Virus record (IMG/VR): IMGVR_UViG_3300017766_005465
Coordinates: 54,538 to 118,537 of that record
DNA from: a virus
Length of the DNA stretch: 64,000 nucleotides
Strand: one strand, 5' to 3'
Shown: piece after piece, positions 10,100 through 20,833 of the stretch
How the letters are laid out: the number at the start of each line of letters is the position of its first letter
Position numbering within the stretch: the stretch's first letter is position 1
Made by a program: the position numbers and the translations under genes
Notes under the pieces: model-generated
Seen by the model: the letters and a program-made list of their open reading frames with translations, nothing else
What the model was told of the DNA's origin: nothing
The model's database searches: none

Positions 10100-10528
10100 T
10101 CAATTGTAGGTAAATGTATCCATCACGAACGTTAGTTCGAGAGTAGAGACGTTGGAGGAAGCGCGGTCGGCTGCGCCGAAGTTCAGGCTTGTCATCTGCG
10201 CGTCGGGGATGGTGATGGTGCGCTGGCCGATGGGCTGCGGGTCCTCACCACAGGACACGGGAGTGATGGTCAGGGTCACAAACTCGCAACCGTAGGCCTT
10301 CCAGAAGTCCACAACGTCGGCGTGCTGCTCGGGGTCAAAAGGCACCGAGACGGTCACTTCTGTCAGGGTGCGGGGTCCCTTGAGGTTGAAGATGCGACCA
10401 CGAACCCCGTCCGCGTACTGAGAGGTGCCAGCGGTGTCGCGAATTCCGCTGAAGTTAGTGAAGTAGTGCTGGAAGGGAGAAGCCTGGATCCAGAACTGCG
10501 ACTGTGTTACCGGCTTGTATGATAGCAT
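10100..10528 (-). CDS. Contractile tail tube protein
   Basis: 142 aa; F..FSG..Y.DG...GP....VT and D.ASSNVSTLELTF pattern typical of gp19-like tubes. Confidence 0.75.
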   Translation of the reverse strand: MLSYKPVTQSQFWIQASPFQHYFTNFSGIRDTAGTSQYADGVRGRIFNLKGPRTLTEVTVSVPFDPEQHADVVDFWKAYGCEFVTLTITPVSCGEDPQPIGQRTITIPDAQMTSLNFGAADRASSNVSTLELTFVMDTFTYN

Positions 10529-10586
10529 GGCGGGATAAACTTACACAGGTATCTATCGATATTTAAACTAAGCCCACCCCCCTGAA

Positions 10587-12527
10587 TCACATCAGGTATG
10601 GCGCAAAGTACTTCCAGTAACCCGCCTTCCTGCAGTCGATCACCACGCACTCCTTATGCACCACAGAACGGTTGAGTCTGTAGATTCTCTGGTAGAGGTC
10701 GAGAAGTTTTGTGGTCTCGAGTACGTCTATATCATCCACTCTGATCTGGTTCTCCACGCTGTGCAGTTCCATGCTCAGGGCGCTGAGCGCTATGGACTGG
10801 TCGGGTCGCAGGTACGGCACCTTCTTGACTTCCTCGACGAGCCTTCTGGAACCGTGGGCGATCTCGCCTGGCGAGGTGTACTCGTCGATGTGGATCCTGG
10901 ACGCGGAAGCCTCCGAATCCCCGCTATCCGAGACGATACGCTGGAACCCGACATCGTCCAGAGCTCCGTCGAACTTGGACGCTATGAGCTTGGCGATCTT
11001 ATCCTTCTTGGTCTTGTCGGACGTATCCCCGTCCTCATCGTAGTCTCCCTCGGAGAAGTCGAAGAGGCTGAGCATGTCCGACTGGTCGGCTCCGAACGCC
11101 CCCATGGCTCCGTTCGCTGAATCGTTCATCTGCTCCGGGGTCTTCGGTTCGGACATGGGCGCTGCGCCCGCGGCCGGTGGGGCACCGCCCATGCCCATCA
11201 TCGCGGCCTGGTCGACTTTGCCCAGGGACGGGATCTCCAGCTTGTCCCTCATCCAGTCAAGGTCCTTGACCTCGTAACCCACGGCCTGGAGCTGCGTCAG
11301 CATCTGGACGATCTTGACGGGATCCTCGCGCTGCTCTAGATCATCAAAGTTTCTACGAAGTCTAGGAACGGAGACACCCGGATAGTTAAGCTCAACAATC
11401 CAACGTATAAGCGTGGCGTTAATTGTCTCATCTAATTCCTCTGAGAAGGTTTTTGCTTTACGCATCCTCAACGAGTCGGATACCTGGTCCCGGGCGTACG
11501 AACCCACATTACCGGTCTCCTGCCCCACCGTATTCTCGCCGTTGAGGACAAAGGATATCTGCTGATCGACGTACTCGATGAGCTTCTCGTACACCTCCGA
11601 GCGACCCTGGCTCTCCAACCAATCCACCTCCATCTCGTCGGGGATCACGATCGCGGTCTCCTGACCCAGGCGCTGAAGCGCCGTGAATAGTGATGCCACC
11701 TCCTCGTCGGGAGTGCCCAGGGAGAATTTGCCCACCGCTGTGGGGGTGGTGTGCTTATCCGCGTACTGGAGCCAGAACGACATCAGCGTACGTCTGAACT
11801 CAACAAGGCTGTAGAGCTGACGCCCCAGACCCGTGCCGTACGGGTCCATGAAGTTGCTATAGGACCAGTGCCTGTGTATGACCATCGAACGCAGGGGCAG
11901 TGGTATGCCCTCCACCGGCGAATCCACCGTCATCAGGCGCGGGGACATAGTCCCGTCCTCGTTCAGGACAAACTGGAACCTGCGTGGGTCGCGTATCTTG
12001 ATCTCCGACGGGACGATGTAATTGCCCTGCCTCATCCAGCAGATCTCTCCTATCGAGATGCCGAGGATCATCGACTCGCACATCCCGCGGATAAACGTAT
12101 CGAACGCGGAGTTGGACGTTACCAGCATCTCCTTGCCGTAGGCCTGCCGAGTATTCGTGCCCATGCGCTTCAGCACCTGACGGACGAACTCAGCGACCTC
12201 CTCGTCGCGATCGGAGGGGCTGGCGGGATCGATCTCCCACTTGCGCTGGACGATCTCCCCGATGATCTTTTCCCAGGCGGCGATGATGTGACTGTCATTG
12301 AACAGTCGCATGTACTTCTCGATCGCTCGCGGGCCGCCACCACCCTCCTCGATGAGGATGTCGTCGCGACGCGGGAGGATAGTACCCGAGTTGAGGTAGG
12401 GGGCCGCTGTGAAAGCGTAAGGATCGGCCTTGTAACCCGCTAAGCTGCCCTGAGCTATGCCTAGACTGAAGTATCGGTCGTAGTAGCCAGTTTTAATCTG
12501 CTTCGCCGCCTGACGATTCTCAGTCAT
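10587..12527 (-). CDS. Portal protein, DUF935 / Mu gp29-like, with acidic C-terminal extension
   Basis: PYGTGLGRQLY, FW..YADK..TP...GK, YEKLIEYVDQQIS and GSYA...V...R motifs. Confidence 0.85.
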   Translation of the reverse strand: MTENRQAAKQIKTGYYDRYFSLGIAQGSLAGYKADPYAFTAAPYLNSGTILPRRDDILIEEGGGGPRAIEKYMRLFNDSHIIAAWEKIIGEIVQRKWEIDPASPSDRDEEVAEFVRQVLKRMGTNTRQAYGKEMLVTSNSAFDTFIRGMCESMILGISIGEICWMRQGNYIVPSEIKIRDPRRFQFVLNEDGTMSPRLMTVDSPVEGIPLPLRSMVIHRHWSYSNFMDPYGTGLGRQLYSLVEFRRTLMSFWLQYADKHTTPTAVGKFSLGTPDEEVASLFTALQRLGQETAIVIPDEMEVDWLESQGRSEVYEKLIEYVDQQISFVLNGENTVGQETGNVGSYARDQVSDSLRMRKAKTFSEELDETINATLIRWIVELNYPGVSVPRLRRNFDDLEQREDPVKIVQMLTQLQAVGYEVKDLDWMRDKLEIPSLGKVDQAAMMGMGGAPPAAGAAPMSEPKTPEQMNDSANGAMGAFGADQSDMLSLFDFSEGDYDEDGDTSDKTKKDKIAKLIASKFDGALDDVGFQRIVSDSGDSEASASRIHIDEYTSPGEIAHGSRRLVEEVKKVPYLRPDQSIALSALSMELHSVENQIRVDDIDVLETTKLLDLYQRIYRLNRSVVHKECVVIDCRKAGYWKYFAPYLM

Positions 12528-12535
12528 GCACGTCC

Positions 12536-12787
12536 CTACTCTGTCTGGTTCTTATCTGATTCTTTAAACTCCGAATGTTTAGAACGATCTACGTAGACAA
12601 CCTCCGCGTTCAGGATGAAGTCGTACAGTTCGTCGACGGATATCTCGCCTTTCTCGTACTTCTCGATGTACTCGTCCGCCCCGTCTACGATGACCGGCTG
12701 GGAGTTCGTGAGGATATTTACCCCTCTTTCCACTCCCTCTGGGCTTCCCGGGTCTCTTGCTGTATCTTCTCGAGCTGTGCTTGCCAT
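12536..12787 (-). CDS. Hypothetical protein
   Basis: 83-aa ORF between co-oriented genes. Confidence 0.5.
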   Translation of the reverse strand: MASTAREDTARDPGSPEGVERGVNILTNSQPVIVDGADEYIEKYEKGEISVDELYDFILNAEVVYVDRSKHSEFKESDKNQTE

Positions 12788-13695
12788 TTTGGTTCGTATG
12801 AGCTAAGGTAGATGTGCCACTTCTTAGGCCACTCACTCTCGGAGAATTTGTGCTCCAGTTCCTGAGGGCGCACGGTTGTGAAGGTCTTGCGTAGGGAGCA
12901 GACTCCAGCCGCCACAAAGTTGAATCTGTTTTTCAGGTAGTACTTCTCCAGAACGTCTAGGGAGACGTACGGGAAGTTTCTCTCAAACTCGGAAAAAAGA
13001 GGCGAGTTCTTCACATCAACTTTAGACTCCTCCTCGGCCTTTTGCGAGACGTACTGGTAGGACTCGTCCAGAACATCGGAGATGAGGCTGGAGTTGAAGG
13101 GGCACGATTCGTAGTCGTTGATCTCCTTCCAGAAGACCTTGAGCGATTCGTAGGCCGCGGTGATGGAGTGCTTAGAGAACTTGGAGAACCTGTCCCTGAG
13201 ATCCTTGCGCAGTGTCTCGACGAGGTGGGAGTCCTGTGCCTCGGGCCACTTGGCGATGCGATGGGCGCATCCGCTAGCCCAGAGGAATGCCAGGAGTAGA
13301 GTCTTGATCCTTCCCTCCTTCAGGTCCTTAAGAGGAACCACGTCCTTCTCCTGGAGGTGGGAGTACCACTGCTCGAAGAGCTTAGAGGAGCGGTCGCTAG
13401 CTCCCTCCCACACCTTGGTCTTGGAGATCAGGCCGATGTGCTTGTCCCCGCAGGCCCCGTACGAGGTCAGCTCGTTGAATCTGCGGTCCTCCATAGAAGG
13501 ACCCCCCGCACCGGACTCAGGGGCCTTGGAGCCCCCTCCTCCGCCTCCTCCGCGTCTGGAGGCGATCCGTAACTCCTCGAGTCTTACCTCGTGGGAGAAA
13601 GTGGCCTCCGTCTTCCAGCGATCGTGCTCTAGGAGCAGGCGAAACTGCTCCTCACTTAGCTGGGGAGTCAGAGCCAGTAGTCGATCCAGTTCCAA
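12718..13695 (-). CDS. Hypothetical protein with poly-Gly linker
   Basis: 325-aa ORF. Confidence 0.65.
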   Translation of the reverse strand: MELDRLLALTPQLSEEQFRLLLEHDRWKTEATFSHEVRLEELRIASRRGGGGGGGSKAPESGAGGPSMEDRRFNELTSYGACGDKHIGLISKTKVWEGASDRSSKLFEQWYSHLQEKDVVPLKDLKEGRIKTLLLAFLWASGCAHRIAKWPEAQDSHLVETLRKDLRDRFSKFSKHSITAAYESLKVFWKEINDYESCPFNSSLISDVLDESYQYVSQKAEEESKVDVKNSPLFSEFERNFPYVSLDVLEKYYLKNRFNFVAAGVCSLRKTFTTVRPQELEHKFSESEWPKKWHIYLSSYEPKWQAQLEKIQQETREAQREWKEG

Positions 13696-14113
13696 GCTTA
13701 CGTAGTTCGACGTCTATAGTAGCAATTATATCACGATAGGACCACGTGTCAACGATCTTGTGAAAAATCTTAGGATCCATACGTCGCAGATCCACGCCAT
13801 CCCTTAGGATGTAGTTTAGTCTCTCCCAGACGGACTGACCCGGCTCCTCGTAGAGGAAGACAACCGGACCGTCAGCGCTCTCGGAGAAGGAAAGCACCTT
13901 GAAAAGTTCGGATAGCGTGGCGCAGTCGTAGCCACAGAACACCACAAACGAGGTGGTCTTGATGAGAGCGTCGGTGAGTCCCTGGCGGACCTTCAGTTCA
14001 ACTCCATCCTTCTCGGCTAGTATCTGCTCGAGATGAACAGCCATCTTATTCAGGTCGGAGGAATTGTTCACCGCTCGACTCTTGATTAGGGTCACCGAGA
14101 CTTTGGACTGCAT
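13652..14113 (-). CDS. Hypothetical protein
   Basis: 153-aa ORF preceded by GTTTAAAG at 14136-14143. Confidence 0.65.
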   Translation of the reverse strand: MQSKVSVTLIKSRAVNNSSDLNKMAVHLEQILAEKDGVELKVRQGLTDALIKTTSFVVFCGYDCATLSELFKVLSFSESADGPVVFLYEEPGQSVWERLNYILRDGVDLRRMDPKIFHKIVDTWSYRDIIATIDVELRKLGTGSTTGSDSPAK

Positions 14114-14135
14114 AACTTCTTGTACGTTCTCATAG

Positions 14136-14156
14136 CTTTAAACCTCAAGTTTAAAG
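14136..14156. promoter_or_regulatory. Back-to-back GTTTAAAG motifs serving divergent genes
   Basis: CTTTAAAC at 14136-14143 and GTTTAAAG at 14149-14156, each 21-22 nt from an ATG. Confidence 0.6.
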
Positions 14157-14177
14157 TTTAGCAGATTTGTCGTGTCG

Positions 14178-17100
14178 ATGACCTCAGAGCTTCTAGAGAG
14201 TGTCCGTATAAACGCTCAAAGCCTAGTATCCAAGGGTCTTCTGGCCTACGAGGTGGCGTTTGGAAAACTGAAGGTGGATCTCTCAAGGCAGAGATTCCTC
14301 AGTTCCGGACTGAGGCTCCTCAACGTCCTATTGGACAGAGTGGGGGCGAATGAGCAGGTGTCCATCTTCCCGCTCAAGTCGGTGCTGATCAACGTGCTAT
14401 CCGACCTGGACTTTGACGTCGAGACGGTGCAGAATCTCCTGCCCTTCCTCCTTGAGGAGGTGCTGTCTTTTCTCAGGTCCAAACCCACCTACGACGCCAA
14501 CATAGCCGGATCGCTCAAGACCTACTTTGCGCTCATAGGTGAGAATGCTGGGGATTTTACGTTCTACTCGTCGTCGGAAGCCACTGATATACTTAGAGCG
14601 CAGCCCGAGTACCAGTACTCGGAAGCACTGTACTCCGTGACCCCACTCGAGTACAACAACAGTAGTGGCAAGGTGTACACTTTGTTCACTGAAGAGCGGT
14701 ACTGGGAGGTTTTCTCGTCGCAGACCGACACCACCTCCTACTCTCCTCTGGGGTATAATAGGTTCGCTACGCAATTGGGTCTGTCTCAGTACCGCATTTC
14801 AGTATCCTACTCCCCACTCGTGGTGTTTGAGGGAGAGTTGTACAAACTACGACCTGAGGTGACTTCGCCCCGTCGCGATTACTTCGACAACACCGAGTGG
14901 GTAAAGTACTCCTCCAGACTATTTAACAACGCAAAGTCCTTTAGAAATGTTCTGAAGTCCAACGTTCGGGACGCTTTTGGTAAATTCACCGAGGCCGGCT
15001 TCGACTCCAACGAGATAATCTCTGACTCGAAAGTAGCTGAGTACTCTAAGACTCAGAGCGTGGACGAGAACCTACTACCCTCAACGTTCGGGGGCGTCGG
15101 GAAGCAACTGCTGGATTCCATAAAAGACCTTAAGAACCTATCCGACTCCTTTGGGTCCTACGAGGGCTCCCCGGTGGGAGGCGTGGATTACATCACCAGA
15201 GTCTCGGAGTACTTATTCGCATCCTGTTTTGGAAGGAGCATTCCGGAGATCTTCAGCCTCTCCGGCGGAGATTCAGCCTTTGGCAGGTTCGACGTTCTCT
15301 ACAAAGCGTCTCCGAGCCCCAATAAGATGCCAGGGCTGAAGTTCCTGGATCCTTTCGGCTCCCTGAGGTCGTTCGTGCACTCCCAGAAGGTTCCCGAGGG
15401 CACCGTGGAGGCGAGCGGGAAACTCATCTACAACCCCGTCTACTCCCAGTTCTACGACGGTCTAGAGGACCGATTTGACTCCCTGGAGGAAGCCGGATCC
15501 TACTCGGAGCCTCCAAGCGTGGACATCCTGCTCTACTCGCTGGAGAGCATCTACCGGAGAAGCCTTATCGTCGGGGATACCGTAAAAGCGGTGGTGAATT
15601 CGCTGGACGAGAGGGGCCGCATACCCGGATACGAGGGGTTGGGTTCGGTGCGGGTTCAGATGGAGGAGTTTCAGAGGGTGTTTCCCCCCGGAATGTACTT
15701 TCTAGACTACGGTTACGACTCCATCAGAGGAGGGCTTACGGGCTCCATCAAGTACCTCCTGGATAACTACTCCAGGTTCTCCGCCGCGACTGTCAAACCT
15801 GTACTGCCAGGAAAGTCCCTGGAGTTTTTCGGAACGTGGGTAGAGAGCATCTCGGGGAAGGTGGGAGAGATACTGGATGTGATGAGAGGGGTCGGGATCT
15901 CCACCTCCGAGTTCATACCCAACATCTCCTTCAAAGCCTACGAGGCCAGTGATAGGAAACTGGTGGAGTTCCTGAGATCCCTCGGGTTCAGGGATTCGGA
16001 GGTGGATAAACTGCTACAGGTGGAGTCTTTCTCGCAGTTGGTGAGTAATTTTGCTCCCATCTCCGACTCGTCGGACCTCAAGTCATTCTTCAAAGCCTAC
16101 GAGTTGGCCCAGCTCGTCTACGAGTTTGGTGGGCAGGAGGCCGTGGACGCGTACCTCTCCTTCCTCTATACCAGTGGTTCGGTGGATTCGCTTCTCAACA
16201 TACTGAAGCTTTCGGAGAAGGATAAGTCCAGACTAACTTCGATCAATATAAATCGCTATCCTAAACTTATAGGGTTACTTATCGGCTTGACCTACGCTGT
16301 AGATCCGGGACAGCTTGTGAAGTTCAACAAGATACTTGGAAAAAATAACCTCACGCTGCTGGAATCCATATCCTTCATCTACCAGAATGGCGAGTCTACC
16401 ATCATAAAAAATAAGCAGGATGTGCAGATCCTCCAGCCTCTTGTCGAGCAGATGATAACAGGAGTGTACAAAGACGACGCGTTTGCCACTCCCACCATGA
16501 CCTACGAGCAGGCAAACTCAGTGGTGCCCATCGCGCTGAAGCAGTGGACTAAGATAATCGGAGACAACCTTGGTAATGTGGGGTCCCTGGACATTATCGA
16601 CTCCCTGTACGATAAGGCGAGAGGGCTTACGCCGAAGGAACTGTTCTCCGTGCTCAACGGTCCGTCCTCGCCTACAGAGCTAGGTCACGTACTGGACGGG
16701 TTCTCCGGCGGAGTGTTCACCTCTTTTCTGAGGTACGCTAGCCTAGCCGGTCTTGGAGTCAAACTTAGCAACTACAAAAACTCCTACCAGGTAAACAACT
16801 TCCAGGTGGATACGGAGAACAAGACCAACGCCCTCCTCAGGATCGTGGATAATCTTGAGGAGTTTTCCAAGTACCTGTCGATCGTCAAAAACATCTTCAG
16901 CTCCGAACTGGATTACAACTTCTCGTATACTTCGGACTTCTCTAAGGTACTGGGGCCACTCGTCCTATCGCAGAACAAAACCTACGGCACCCTGCCGCAG
17001 CTCGTGTCGTCTATGGCCGGGGGGAGTAGCATGGCGGGAATGACTAGCGTAGCGAGCACCGCGCCCATCTCCGAGTCGCCTGGAGTCGGGAATTCCAGAC

Positions 17101-18053
17101 TTCCCAATCGCGTCCCCGCAAAAAACTCGGTTACTTCGGAGCAGGCTACGGCCATCGCCGGCGCGATGTCGGAGGCCCTCAGCACCGAGATGGTAGACGG
17201 TCTTCCTATCAACCTTGTCTGCAAGTTCATCAAGTTCTCCGAGGCCAACCTTCTGGCCAATACGGTGCTATTGCCCGACGAGACGGTGGAGTTACAAGTC
17301 GCCGGGGCGACAGCTAAGCCCTTCTCCCCTGCCACTAGGTACGAGTTGGATACACCCGTGCAACGGGTGCCTTCAAAGCCCCGCTCCGTCCCCCCTGTGT
17401 ACACCAGCCTGGACGGAGGGCCGGACGTCAGATCCCAGGCCCTCGGTTCCAACTACATCTCCACGTCAAGTTCCGACCCTCCCGGCTCCAAGAGCTTCGA
17501 TCCGGTGGCGTCGTGTAGGAGGTTCGGTGGTTCTAACTGCGAGGATCTGTACTCCTCATCCCAGCAGCGATGCGTCGGTAGGTTTAATAAGTCGCTCTTC
17601 CCCGAGACCTACTCCGACATCCCCGGAGTCCCCCCATCCAAGGTGGCGGTAGATAGGCCACTGGGAACTTTCGCGGAGTACGTACCCACCACCACGATGG
17701 TTCCCACGTCGGCGTTCGACCAGCCCGCCTCGTTCATGAGCCTACTACCCCCGGATACGTTGGTCGGGGAGAGGGGGGAGCCATTACTCACAACAATACT
17801 CTCCGACCACCTCGTGTACGAGTCGGGCGGGGCTGAGTTGAGCGAGTACGGGAACACCGAGTTCGGAGTCGTGGAGTTCTTAAAAGCCAAGATGGAGAGG
17901 GGTTCGGAATTCAACTGCGCGGGCTTCGACTCCCCATTCCACTACCAGATCTGCATGAATGTTATGAAATGCAAGAGGTTCTCACCTCCCTACGAAGGGA
18001 AGTATTACCTGGCGTTCTGCCCTAAGACCCTGTCCGGAGGTAAGTTAAAGTGA
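14178..18053 (+). CDS. Very large hypothetical protein with Cys-rich C-terminus
   Basis: About 1290-aa ORF; no family recognised. Confidence 0.7.
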   Translation: MTSELLESVRINAQSLVSKGLLAYEVAFGKLKVDLSRQRFLSSGLRLLNVLLDRVGANEQVSIFPLKSVLINVLSDLDFDVETVQNLLPFLLEEVLSFLRSKPTYDANIAGSLKTYFALIGENAGDFTFYSSSEATDILRAQPEYQYSEALYSVTPLEYNNSSGKVYTLFTEERYWEVFSSQTDTTSYSPLGYNRFATQLGLSQYRISVSYSPLVVFEGELYKLRPEVTSPRRDYFDNTEWVKYSSRLFNNAKSFRNVLKSNVRDAFGKFTEAGFDSNEIISDSKVAEYSKTQSVDENLLPSTFGGVGKQLLDSIKDLKNLSDSFGSYEGSPVGGVDYITRVSEYLFASCFGRSIPEIFSLSGGDSAFGRFDVLYKASPSPNKMPGLKFLDPFGSLRSFVHSQKVPEGTVEASGKLIYNPVYSQFYDGLEDRFDSLEEAGSYSEPPSVDILLYSLESIYRRSLIVGDTVKAVVNSLDERGRIPGYEGLGSVRVQMEEFQRVFPPGMYFLDYGYDSIRGGLTGSIKYLLDNYSRFSAATVKPVLPGKSLEFFGTWVESISGKVGEILDVMRGVGISTSEFIPNISFKAYEASDRKLVEFLRSLGFRDSEVDKLLQVESFSQLVSNFAPISDSSDLKSFFKAYELAQLVYEFGGQEAVDAYLSFLYTSGSVDSLLNILKLSEKDKSRLTSININRYPKLIGLLIGLTYAVDPGQLVKFNKILGKNNLTLLESISFIYQNGESTIIKNKQDVQILQPLVEQMITGVYKDDAFATPTMTYEQANSVVPIALKQWTKIIGDNLGNVGSLDIIDSLYDKARGLTPKELFSVLNGPSSPTELGHVLDGFSGGVFTSFLRYASLAGLGVKLSNYKNSYQVNNFQVDTENKTNALLRIVDNLEEFSKYLSIVKNIFSSELDYNFSYTSDFSKVLGPLVLSQNKTYGTLPQLVSSMAGGSSMAGMTSVASTAPISESPGVGNSRLPNRVPAKNSVTSEQATAIAGAMSEALSTEMVDGLPINLVCKFIKFSEANLLANTVLLPDETVELQVAGATAKPFSPATRYELDTPVQRVPSKPRSVPPVYTSLDGGPDVRSQALGSNYISTSSSDPPGSKSFDPVASCRRFGGSNCEDLYSSSQQRCVGRFNKSLFPETYSDIPGVPPSKVAVDRPLGTFAEYVPTTTMVPTSAFDQPASFMSLLPPDTLVGERGEPLLTTILSDHLVYESGGAELSEYGNTEFGVVEFLKAKMERGSEFNCAGFDSPFHYQICMNVMKCKRFSPPYEGKYYLAFCPKTLSGGKLK

Positions 18054-18877
18054 CCCAGAAGATGCAAACGTTCTTCAAGACCCTGAGGGGTTCCAAGACC
18101 CTACCCTTCGGGCACCGAACCCCCAACCACTTCAACTACGTTGCCTTCGAGGAAGAGGGGGAGGATTTTCTTCTCGGTGGTAATCGTGCCTCGCTGTTTA
18201 AGCAGATGAACGACTCCTACCTTGTGGAGGTGGAGAGGAGTGAGAGGAACGCCTCCGGAGACATAGCCGAACTCAAACTAACCAACCAGGACATACTCAC
18301 GTGGGAGGATCACTGGATAGACCCGCGTTCGGGTGAGGTGGTGGATCCGCGGATCGTTAGCATAAACCTGCAGAAGAATCGCCTCGTCCACGCTAATTTC
18401 AACGTTCCGAGATCGAGGCTTAAAAACCTCAACCTGGAGGGCAACTCCAACATGAGAGCCGTCTTCGTCACCGACAGTCCCAACCTAGAGGTGCTCAATA
18501 TCTCCAACTGCCCGGCGCTGGGGGTGATAAACCTGGGCAACAATCGGTCTATTAAGGCGCTCCTGGCGAGAAACTGCGCTCTTACCCCCATCGCCCAGGA
18601 GAGACTGCTCAGGGACTTCAGGCCGGTGCACACGGCGTCGGCGAATAGCCGACTGGCAATGTTCAGAAAAACCTACGAGACCCTGCTTGATATGAGAGGG
18701 TCGGAGATCGACTGGTCGAATAGGCGCGTGGCGTCTAAGATCAGGATGCTACTGTGTAATAATTGGCTCGTGCTCTGGGACAATCCACCGCCGGCGTCGA
18801 TAGTACCTCCTCATATGTACGCCTTCTTCACGAGTAGCCTTGAGGATTCTCTGATTAAAGACTACTATAGTTGCTGA
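18050..18877 (+). CDS. Leucine-rich-repeat protein
   Basis: LKNLNLEGN, LEVLNISNC and LGVINLGNN repeats. Confidence 0.65.
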   Translation: MTQKMQTFFKTLRGSKTLPFGHRTPNHFNYVAFEEEGEDFLLGGNRASLFKQMNDSYLVEVERSERNASGDIAELKLTNQDILTWEDHWIDPRSGEVVDPRIVSINLQKNRLVHANFNVPRSRLKNLNLEGNSNMRAVFVTDSPNLEVLNISNCPALGVINLGNNRSIKALLARNCALTPIAQERLLRDFRPVHTASANSRLAMFRKTYETLLDMRGSEIDWSNRRVASKIRMLLCNNWLVLWDNPPPASIVPPHMYAFFTSSLEDSLIKDYYSC

Positions 18878-18890
18878 CCGATAGGGGAGT

Positions 18891-19763
18891 ATGGCCGATC
18901 TACTAAGCCGATTTATAGAAGACTACGCGGGTGGCCTGCTTAACATAGCAAGGCAGGAACTCTCGACCACTGGCGAGGTGCTCTCACAGGACGGACTTAC
19001 ATCCGAGGGAGCCCTCTTCGTAGAGGACGGAAGTGGCACCAAGAGTGGCCTGAAGCTCGGGGTGAGTCTGGCCGAGGCCATCGACCCGACCACAGAGATG
19101 GGTATTGTGAATGTGAGGTTCGCGGACAGAACCTACGCTAAGATCCGCGACCTCAAGATCTTCTCGACGGCCATAGCCTCGTCCCAGGCCGCGCTGTCGG
19201 AGGCCACGGCAACGTCCATCTCCAATATAGAGACGACTCTGCAACTCCTTGAGGATGACGTTAAGACCATCGAGCAGAACTTCCAGAAGAATCTGACGGA
19301 GGGACAGGATCAGCTGCAGACCCTGAGCCTGACGCAACGATCACTGGAGGAGAAGGTGAACGGAGCGGTGATCGAGACCCAAAACCTCGCCAACAGAGTG
19401 CAGGTGCTGGAGACCCCAACAACGTCACCGAAGCAGATAGCGGAGCTGAGCACCGCCCTCAACCTATTCTACTACACCGGCACTATCCAGATCGCCGGCG
19501 CTAACGTTACGGGAACCGCCACGATATTCGACTCCGAGCTGGATGTTGGTGACGTCTTCATCGCCACTACGACAACGGGGGAGGAGGTCGAGTTCACTGT
19601 TACTAGCTTCAACACCACTACGCCCCAGACCGCGATGACCGTGATCCCCACAAACAAGACGGTGACGGCGGGGTCCAGGTTTATGGCCGATCAGAACCTC
19701 GAGCTGAAGAGCAAAGTGAACGAGATAATCGCGGCTCTCAAGGCCCTAAAGTTCATCGTATAG
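18891..19763 (+). CDS. Coiled-coil structural protein with a fibre-type C-terminal domain
   Basis: Heptad region, then YTGTIQIAGANVTGTATIFDSELDVGD; a similar domain is inserted in the sheath. Confidence 0.6.
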   Translation: MADLLSRFIEDYAGGLLNIARQELSTTGEVLSQDGLTSEGALFVEDGSGTKSGLKLGVSLAEAIDPTTEMGIVNVRFADRTYAKIRDLKIFSTAIASSQAALSEATATSISNIETTLQLLEDDVKTIEQNFQKNLTEGQDQLQTLSLTQRSLEEKVNGAVIETQNLANRVQVLETPTTSPKQIAELSTALNLFYYTGTIQIAGANVTGTATIFDSELDVGDVFIATTTTGEEVEFTVTSFNTTTPQTAMTVIPTNKTVTAGSRFMADQNLELKSKVNEIIAALKALKFIV

Positions 19764-20108
19764 GTCGTTGATTATACCGTCTATGAGCTCCAGATCCACG
19801 CGGATGGAGTAGATCGGTCCCACCTTCCTGAATATGAAGAACACCACACCGCACGACTTCTCCTCCTCGGATGGGAAGAGGGAGTCGAGGATGCGGTCGT
19901 ACTTATCCTCCCCGCCCACCATCTGGTACACGGTCTGCGGATCGAATATCCAGGCGCAGTCGGTTCTGTCCGCCGTGGCGATGTAGAGAGCGAAGGGGGT
20001 CCTCTGCGCCAGCACCCGCTCCAGGCAGAGTATCGTATCGTTCAGGTTCTCCGTGTTCTTGAGGGATTGTCTTAGGGACTCCTTCTCTTCCTCCGAGTTC
20101 AGGCTCAT
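19746..20108 (-). CDS. Hypothetical protein
   Basis: MSLNSEEE... start overlaps the stop of the dCMP deaminase gene. Confidence 0.6.
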   Translation of the reverse strand: MSLNSEEEKESLRQSLKNTENLNDTILCLERVLAQRTPFALYIATADRTDCAWIFDPQTVYQMVGGEDKYDRILDSLFPSEEEKSCGVVFFIFRKVGPIYSIRVDLELIDGIINDLYDEL

Positions 20109-20515
20109 CAGACCTGCTCCACTTCGACGCCGAGGTCCGTGAGTACCCTCAGCCCTTCGGAGATGCGGTAACTGTGCCGGTAGTACACCTTCCTCACTCC
20201 GCTCTGGGCCAGGAGCTTGGAGCATTCCGGGCACGGGGAGTGCGTGCAGAACAGTTCCGCGCCGTCAATCGACTCGGTGGATTTGGCCATCTTAACGAGG
20301 ACGTTCTGCTCGGCGTGAAGGACGAATGGCGACGTAGCGCCGGCCTCGTCCTCGCAGCAGTTGGTTCTGTAGCCGGTGGGGGTGCCGTTCCACCCGTGGG
20401 CTAGAATGCTTCCGTTCTTGACGATTATGGCGCCCACTTTTAGCCTATTGCACTTGGATACCAGAGCGAATCTTTCCGCGATGTCCATGTACGCGTTAAC
20501 GAGCTCGGGTTTCAT
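20108..20515 (-). CDS. dCMP deaminase
   Basis: HAEQN and PCPEC zinc motifs; S.C.R.KVGA and GWNG motifs. Confidence 0.9.
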   Translation of the reverse strand: MKPELVNAYMDIAERFALVSKCNRLKVGAIIVKNGSILAHGWNGTPTGYRTNCCEDEAGATSPFVLHAEQNVLVKMAKSTESIDGAELFCTHSPCPECSKLLAQSGVRKVYYRHSYRISEGLRVLTDLGVEVEQV

Positions 20516-20554
20516 AAGTTTGTGGGTGGGGCGGAGGTGGCCGGTTCTATTCTA

Positions 20555-20833
20555 TCAGACCCTGAAGGACCTGGTGGTTGTTAGCCCTAATTTATTCACA
20601 ATGTGCTTGTTGAACTTCTTCAGGAGCCGGCGGTCCTCTTCTCCAAGGAAGATGCCGGTGACTTCGGGGAGGGGAGCGGGGGGTTCCGCAGGGAGTTCAG
20701 TAACAGGTTCCGTGGGGAGCTCCGCAGGAGGCTCCACCGGTTGAGGCTCCACCTCCACAACAAGTACGGGTTCGTACACTTCCTCCCTCTCCTTCTCCTT
20801 CTCGAGTTCCGCTTTTGTCTTTCTGGTCGTCAT
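20555..20833 (-). CDS. Hypothetical Pro/Glu-rich protein
   Basis: 92-aa ORF coupled to 20830-21042. Confidence 0.55.
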   Translation of the reverse strand: MTTRKTKAELEKEKEREEVYEPVLVVEVEPQPVEPPAELPTEPVTELPAEPPAPLPEVTGIFLGEEDRRLLKKFNKHIVNKLGLTTTRSFRV

